A stretch of DNA of 64,000 nucleotides from Planctomycetota bacterium. Its GTDB lineage: Bacteria; Planctomycetota; Planctomycetia; Pirellulales; Lacipirellulaceae. Positions 60,594 through 64,000 of this stretch are shown here, piece after piece. The stretch is taken from NCBI GenBank assembly GCA_039190745.1, contig JBCCXZ010000008.1, positions 20,937-84,936 of the forward strand, given 5' to 3'. The notes beneath the pieces were generated by a model, which saw nothing but the letters and a program-made list of their open reading frames with translations, searched no databases and was not told the origin of the DNA. Each line of letters opens with the position of its first letter. Position 1 is the stretch's first letter. The translations under genes were made by a program, and so were the position numbers.

Positions 60594-61994
60594 CTAGCGG
60601 CGGACGCCGCGGGGTGAGCGTACGGCGAGCTCTTCGAAGTAGGTCTTGCCGTCGCGGACGATGTAGAACTTGACCGACCCGCTGCTGGACAAGGCGCCGG
60701 CGTTGTTGACGATGCGGCGGATGTCGTTGTTGGAGGTGGTGGTCCAGCGGTGGAGGCGGACGAGGATGTCGTCCTCCTGCACTCCGCGGGCGGCGGCGGA
60801 ACTGCCTGCCCGGACCTTCAGCACCCGCATGCCGCCTCGGTACGGCAGGTCGAGGCCGTTGAAGCTGGAGGAGGGTTCTTGCTCGAGTACGAGGCCGAGG
60901 GTTTCCCACGTGGCCCGCTGCAGGTCGGTGAGCCCGGTCGAGGAAGACTGCGACTTGCCGGGGAGGCGGGCGACCTTCAGCTGCAGGTTGAGCGTGTTGC
61001 CGTTACGCTCGACGAGCACGGGCACGGTTTCGCCGGCCCGGCGGCCCAGCAGCGATCGCTCTACGTCATGCTGACGGGCAATGGGGACCTCGCCGATTTC
61101 GACGAGCACGTCGCCGCCCTGCAGGCCGCCGGCGGAGGCCGGGCTGCGGCGGGAGACGTTGGCGACCGTGACGCCGCTCCGAGGGTCGCGGGCCGAGGCG
61201 GTTCGGATGCCGTGCCAGTTGTTCTCCAGCCGCTCGATGCTGAGCAGGTTGGCGGCGATCTCAAGGGCCTTGTTGACGGGGATAGCGAAGCCGATGCCCT
61301 GGGCGCCGGCCCTTACGGCGACGTTCACGCCGATCATCTCGCCGTCGATGTTCAGCAGCGGCCCGCCGGAGTTGCCGGGGTTGATGCTGGCGTCGGTCTG
61401 GATGAGGTCGAGGTAGGGCTGGTTCTCGTTGGCCTGCACGTTGCGGTGCAGAGCGCTGACGATGCCGCGGGTGACGGTGTGTTCGTAGCCGTAGGCGTTG
61501 CCGACGGCGAGGACGGTTTCGCCGATCATGAGGTCGTGCGAGCTGCCGAGCCGGATAACGGGCATCGACTTGCCCGTTCGGATGCGGATGACGGCCAGGT
61601 CGGTGGCGGAGTCGTGGGCGACGACCTTGGCGATGTAGGTCTGGCCGTCTTCGAGCGTGACGTTGATGCGGCGGACACCGTCGACGACGTGGAAGTTGGT
61701 GAGGATGAACCCGCGGGGGTCGATCACCACGCCGGTGCCCATGCCGTTCACTTGGCGGGGGGCGACCGAGCGGCCCTCAGCGTCTTGCGAAACCGACTTG
61801 TGGCCGTGGATGTTCACCACGGACGGCCCGGCGTCACGGACGGCCTCGACGATCGGCGAGACGCGGTTGGGGGAGATGTCCGAGCCGGCGGCAGGCCCCG
61901 TCGGCAAGACCGCTGCAGCGAGCAGCAAAGCTGTCAGGCAGCGGCGGCCGGCAGGGGAATGGACGCGAGCCGAGCGGGCGGGCGGGTCTTGCAT
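60594..61994 (-). CDS. HtrA/DegP-like trypsin serine protease with two PDZ domains
   Basis: GTGVVID, LTNFHVV, DLAVI, IQTDASINPGNSGGPL. Confidence 0.93.
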   Translation of the reverse strand: MQDPPARSARVHSPAGRRCLTALLLAAAVLPTGPAAGSDISPNRVSPIVEAVRDAGPSVVNIHGHKSVSQDAEGRSVAPRQVNGMGTGVVIDPRGFILTNFHVVDGVRRINVTLEDGQTYIAKVVAHDSATDLAVIRIRTGKSMPVIRLGSSHDLMIGETVLAVGNAYGYEHTVTRGIVSALHRNVQANENQPYLDLIQTDASINPGNSGGPLLNIDGEMIGVNVAVRAGAQGIGFAIPVNKALEIAANLLSIERLENNWHGIRTASARDPRSGVTVANVSRRSPASAGGLQGGDVLVEIGEVPIARQHDVERSLLGRRAGETVPVLVERNGNTLNLQLKVARLPGKSQSSSTGLTDLQRATWETLGLVLEQEPSSSFNGLDLPYRGGMRVLKVRAGSSAAARGVQEDDILVRLHRWTTTSNNDIRRIVNNAGALSSSGSVKFYIVRDGKTYFEELAVRSPRGVRR

Positions 61995-62310
61995 GCTGTG
62001 GGTCGTCGCGGTGTGGGACCGGCGCAAAGTAAGCCCATAGCGTCGCGTGCGGGGGTTGCACGGCGGCGGGTGCGGGGCCAGCTCCAGGACCGGCAAGCGG
62101 CGGGACACCCTGGGACGGGCCCCCTGGAAACACTGGCAACGCTGTGGCGACGCGGAAGGGGCCCGGGGTTTGCGCAGACTTGGCTGAGCTGGCACTCGGC
62201 TAACAAGGGCAAGATCGGCCCGGCCGAGCAACCCGCTTAAACGGCGCAACCGGGCGTCGTCACAAGCTGCCTAGCTTGACGGCGGTCGGGCCGCGGGGCC
62301 TGGATGGGGC

Positions 62311-62802
62311 TCAGTAGCCGACGGGCAGGTGCAGGTACGAGCCGGGAGCGGTGGGGACAACCGTCGGGATCAGGTGCGAGGCCTGTGCCTGCATCGGCGT
62401 GTAGACCGGTGCGGCCGGCACGGGCAGAAACGTCGAGGGCTTTGGCGGCAGCGCGGAGTACGGCGGCGGGCCCTTCTGGACGTGCTTGCGGATGGGGAAG
62501 AAGTCGCGGCAGCGATGGGCCCAGTCGTGGCAGAGCACGGGGCAGTGGGCGCAGCCGCCCAAGACAGGGCAAGGGCACGCGCAGTACGGCGAGGCGGTGC
62601 AGGCCGAGCCGCAGTGGACTCCGTAAACGCCGCCGGCGTGCGGCTCTGGCTGGTCGACAGGGGTCGCTTGGCGTCCGTGCGGATTGAGACCTGCAACCGG
62701 CATCGGGTCGACCGGCTCCTGGGCGATAGCAAACGGTCCGAAGGCCGCTGCCAGCAGGACGGTGCCGGCGATGTGCTTGATCGTAGGTGTTTGCGATAGC
62801 AT
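62311..62802 (-). CDS. Small secreted Cys/Pro-rich hypothetical protein
   Basis: Signal-like N-terminus; eight Cys in a central cluster. Confidence 0.55.
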   Translation of the reverse strand: MLSQTPTIKHIAGTVLLAAAFGPFAIAQEPVDPMPVAGLNPHGRQATPVDQPEPHAGGVYGVHCGSACTASPYCACPCPVLGGCAHCPVLCHDWAHRCRDFFPIRKHVQKGPPPYSALPPKPSTFLPVPAAPVYTPMQAQASHLIPTVVPTAPGSYLHLPVGY

Positions 62803-62917
62803 TCCTCACCCCGCTGCGGGTCCCTGTGCCCGTATTGGTCTATCGGACGGTTGCCGCCGCAGACTCCGGCGGATCGGCAAAGATTGCCCAGACGGCACAA
62901 CCCGGAAACGGACCGCG

Positions 62918-64000
62918 TCAGTCGCCGGCGGGGTCGGCGTTCTGCTCTGGTTTGGAGAAGAGCAGCTTGGGGATGGCCTGCAGGGAAAGGAACAACGCCA
63001 GCAGCACCAGCAGCACGTGCGGCCAGTAACGGGCCACGGGCAGGCCGACCAAGCCCATCACCCAGCCGACCAGGACCAGCACCGGCGGGAGCAGCAGCAG
63101 CACCCCGCAGCCGAGGGCCGACATTGTGCCGCGGAAGGCGAGGTCTTCGGAAAGCTGCTGGTCGTGGACCTCGATCATGCGGCCGCGGCGGAGACTGATC
63201 TCGATCGTGTCGGCGAGTTCCATGGCGTGAACCGCCTCGGGCCAGTTGGAGGCGTCCCCGCTGTGAGGGGCCTGGATCGCGGCGGCGAAGCGGGCGATGG
63301 CGGCCGAGGCGGCGTCGCGGGCGGGCGCTTCCAGGGCGGTCGTTCCGCTGGGCTGGACCAGCTGCACGGCGCGGCCCTCGGCGTCGAATTCAACCGCGGC
63401 CCTGCCCCGCTCGCCGACCAGCGTGAGCCGGGCCTCGGCCCCGCCCTCGCGCGGGACGACCGACCAGCGGACCGGCAGGTTGGCTTTGCCGACCAATTGC
63501 ACGCTGAGGGCGTGGTAGTTGCTGCCCGCCTCGTCGGCCCCGTGGGCGCTGAGCCGGTTGACGGGGTTGGCGACCGCTTCGAGCAGCTGCGAATCGCGGG
63601 CGAAATGGCGGACGACGACCTCTGGGGCTTTCTCATCCAGGGACCGCTCGAAGGTGACCAGCTCGATGGCGCCCAGTTCTGGGTGCCCGTCGCGGATCCA
63701 GCCGCGGCAGAGCTCGATCGCGGCGGGGTTTTCCAAGATCGGGTTGAACGTCTGAAGCGGGGCGCGGCCGTCGGCCCGCGCCATGTCGATTTCGTGGTGG
63801 GTGAGGACCTCGTCGACCAAGGGGAAACAGGCGAGCAGCGGGACGCCGTTCTTCGCCAGCTGCGCGGCCTGCAGGGCGGTGCGTTCCTGCTGGCCGGGGA
63901 CGGGGCCCATCAGGACGGCCGCGGTTCGTTCCGGATCGAGCAGGTGCTCGCCGCCGACTACCCCCGGGTCGTCCTCTCCGGGAAGTTCTGAGCGTGCCAC
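62918..64000 (-). CDS. Degenerate Gfo/Idh/MocA-like protein with two C-terminal TM helices; 5' end outside the window
   Basis: EAVHAMELADTIEISLRRGRMI resembles the end of a Gfo/Idh/MocA domain; followed by hydrophobic helices. Confidence 0.6.
   Translation of the reverse strand: MARSELPGEDDPGVVGGEHLLDPERTAAVLMGPVPGQQERTALQAAQLAKNGVPLLACFPLVDEVLTHHEIDMARADGRAPLQTFNPILENPAAIELCRGWIRDGHPELGAIELVTFERSLDEKAPEVVVRHFARDSQLLEAVANPVNRLSAHGADEAGSNYHALSVQLVGKANLPVRWSVVPREGGAEARLTLVGERGRAAVEFDAEGRAVQLVQPSGTTALEAPARDAASAAIARFAAAIQAPHSGDASNWPEAVHAMELADTIEISLRRGRMIEVHDQQLSEDLAFRGTMSALGCGVLLLLPPVLVLVGWVMGLVGLPVARYWPHVLLVLLALFLSLQAIPKLLFSKPEQNADPAGD

Overview
High-GC genomic window, most likely from a planctomycete (Pirellulales/Lacipirellulaceae-like). 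That assignment rests on the RRLxLExLExRxLLA-type extracellular motif, PEP-CTERM and dockerin-like proteins, and an ECF sigma factor paired with a Ser/Thr kinase. About 50 genes, mostly housekeeping or metabolic: rimO, pgsA, murB, ftsQ-like, trmL, csrA, ade, hslVU, tsaE, thiL, ispG, aldehyde dehydrogenases and an HtrA protease. I found no rRNA, tRNA, CRISPR array, transposase or reverse transcriptase. Main observations: (1) At 11.7-17.3 kb, an array of interchangeable-looking N-terminal cassettes lies upstream of a giant surface-protein gene. Each full cassette is signal peptide + ~190-aa domain + internal PEP-CTERM signal fused in frame to the planctomycete export motif, and ends in a conserved ~104-bp homology box, like a mirror image of Rhs/CDI orphan arrays. 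(2) A ~255-bp dispersed non-coding element occurs in 3 full and 2 partial copies, with conserved hairpins and one compensatory base change; all copies point toward (3) a strong C-rich to G-rich strand-skew switch at ~42-46 kb. (4) A candidate lysine/pipecolate catabolic cluster includes an uncharacterised HPPD/VOC-like metalloenzyme. (5) Also present are a split ArgZ/AgrE-like pair, degenerate MurE/MurG and Rad50-like pseudo-enzymes, and several REP-like and phased-repeat palindromes. All calls are by eye from sequence and motifs; no database searches were run.
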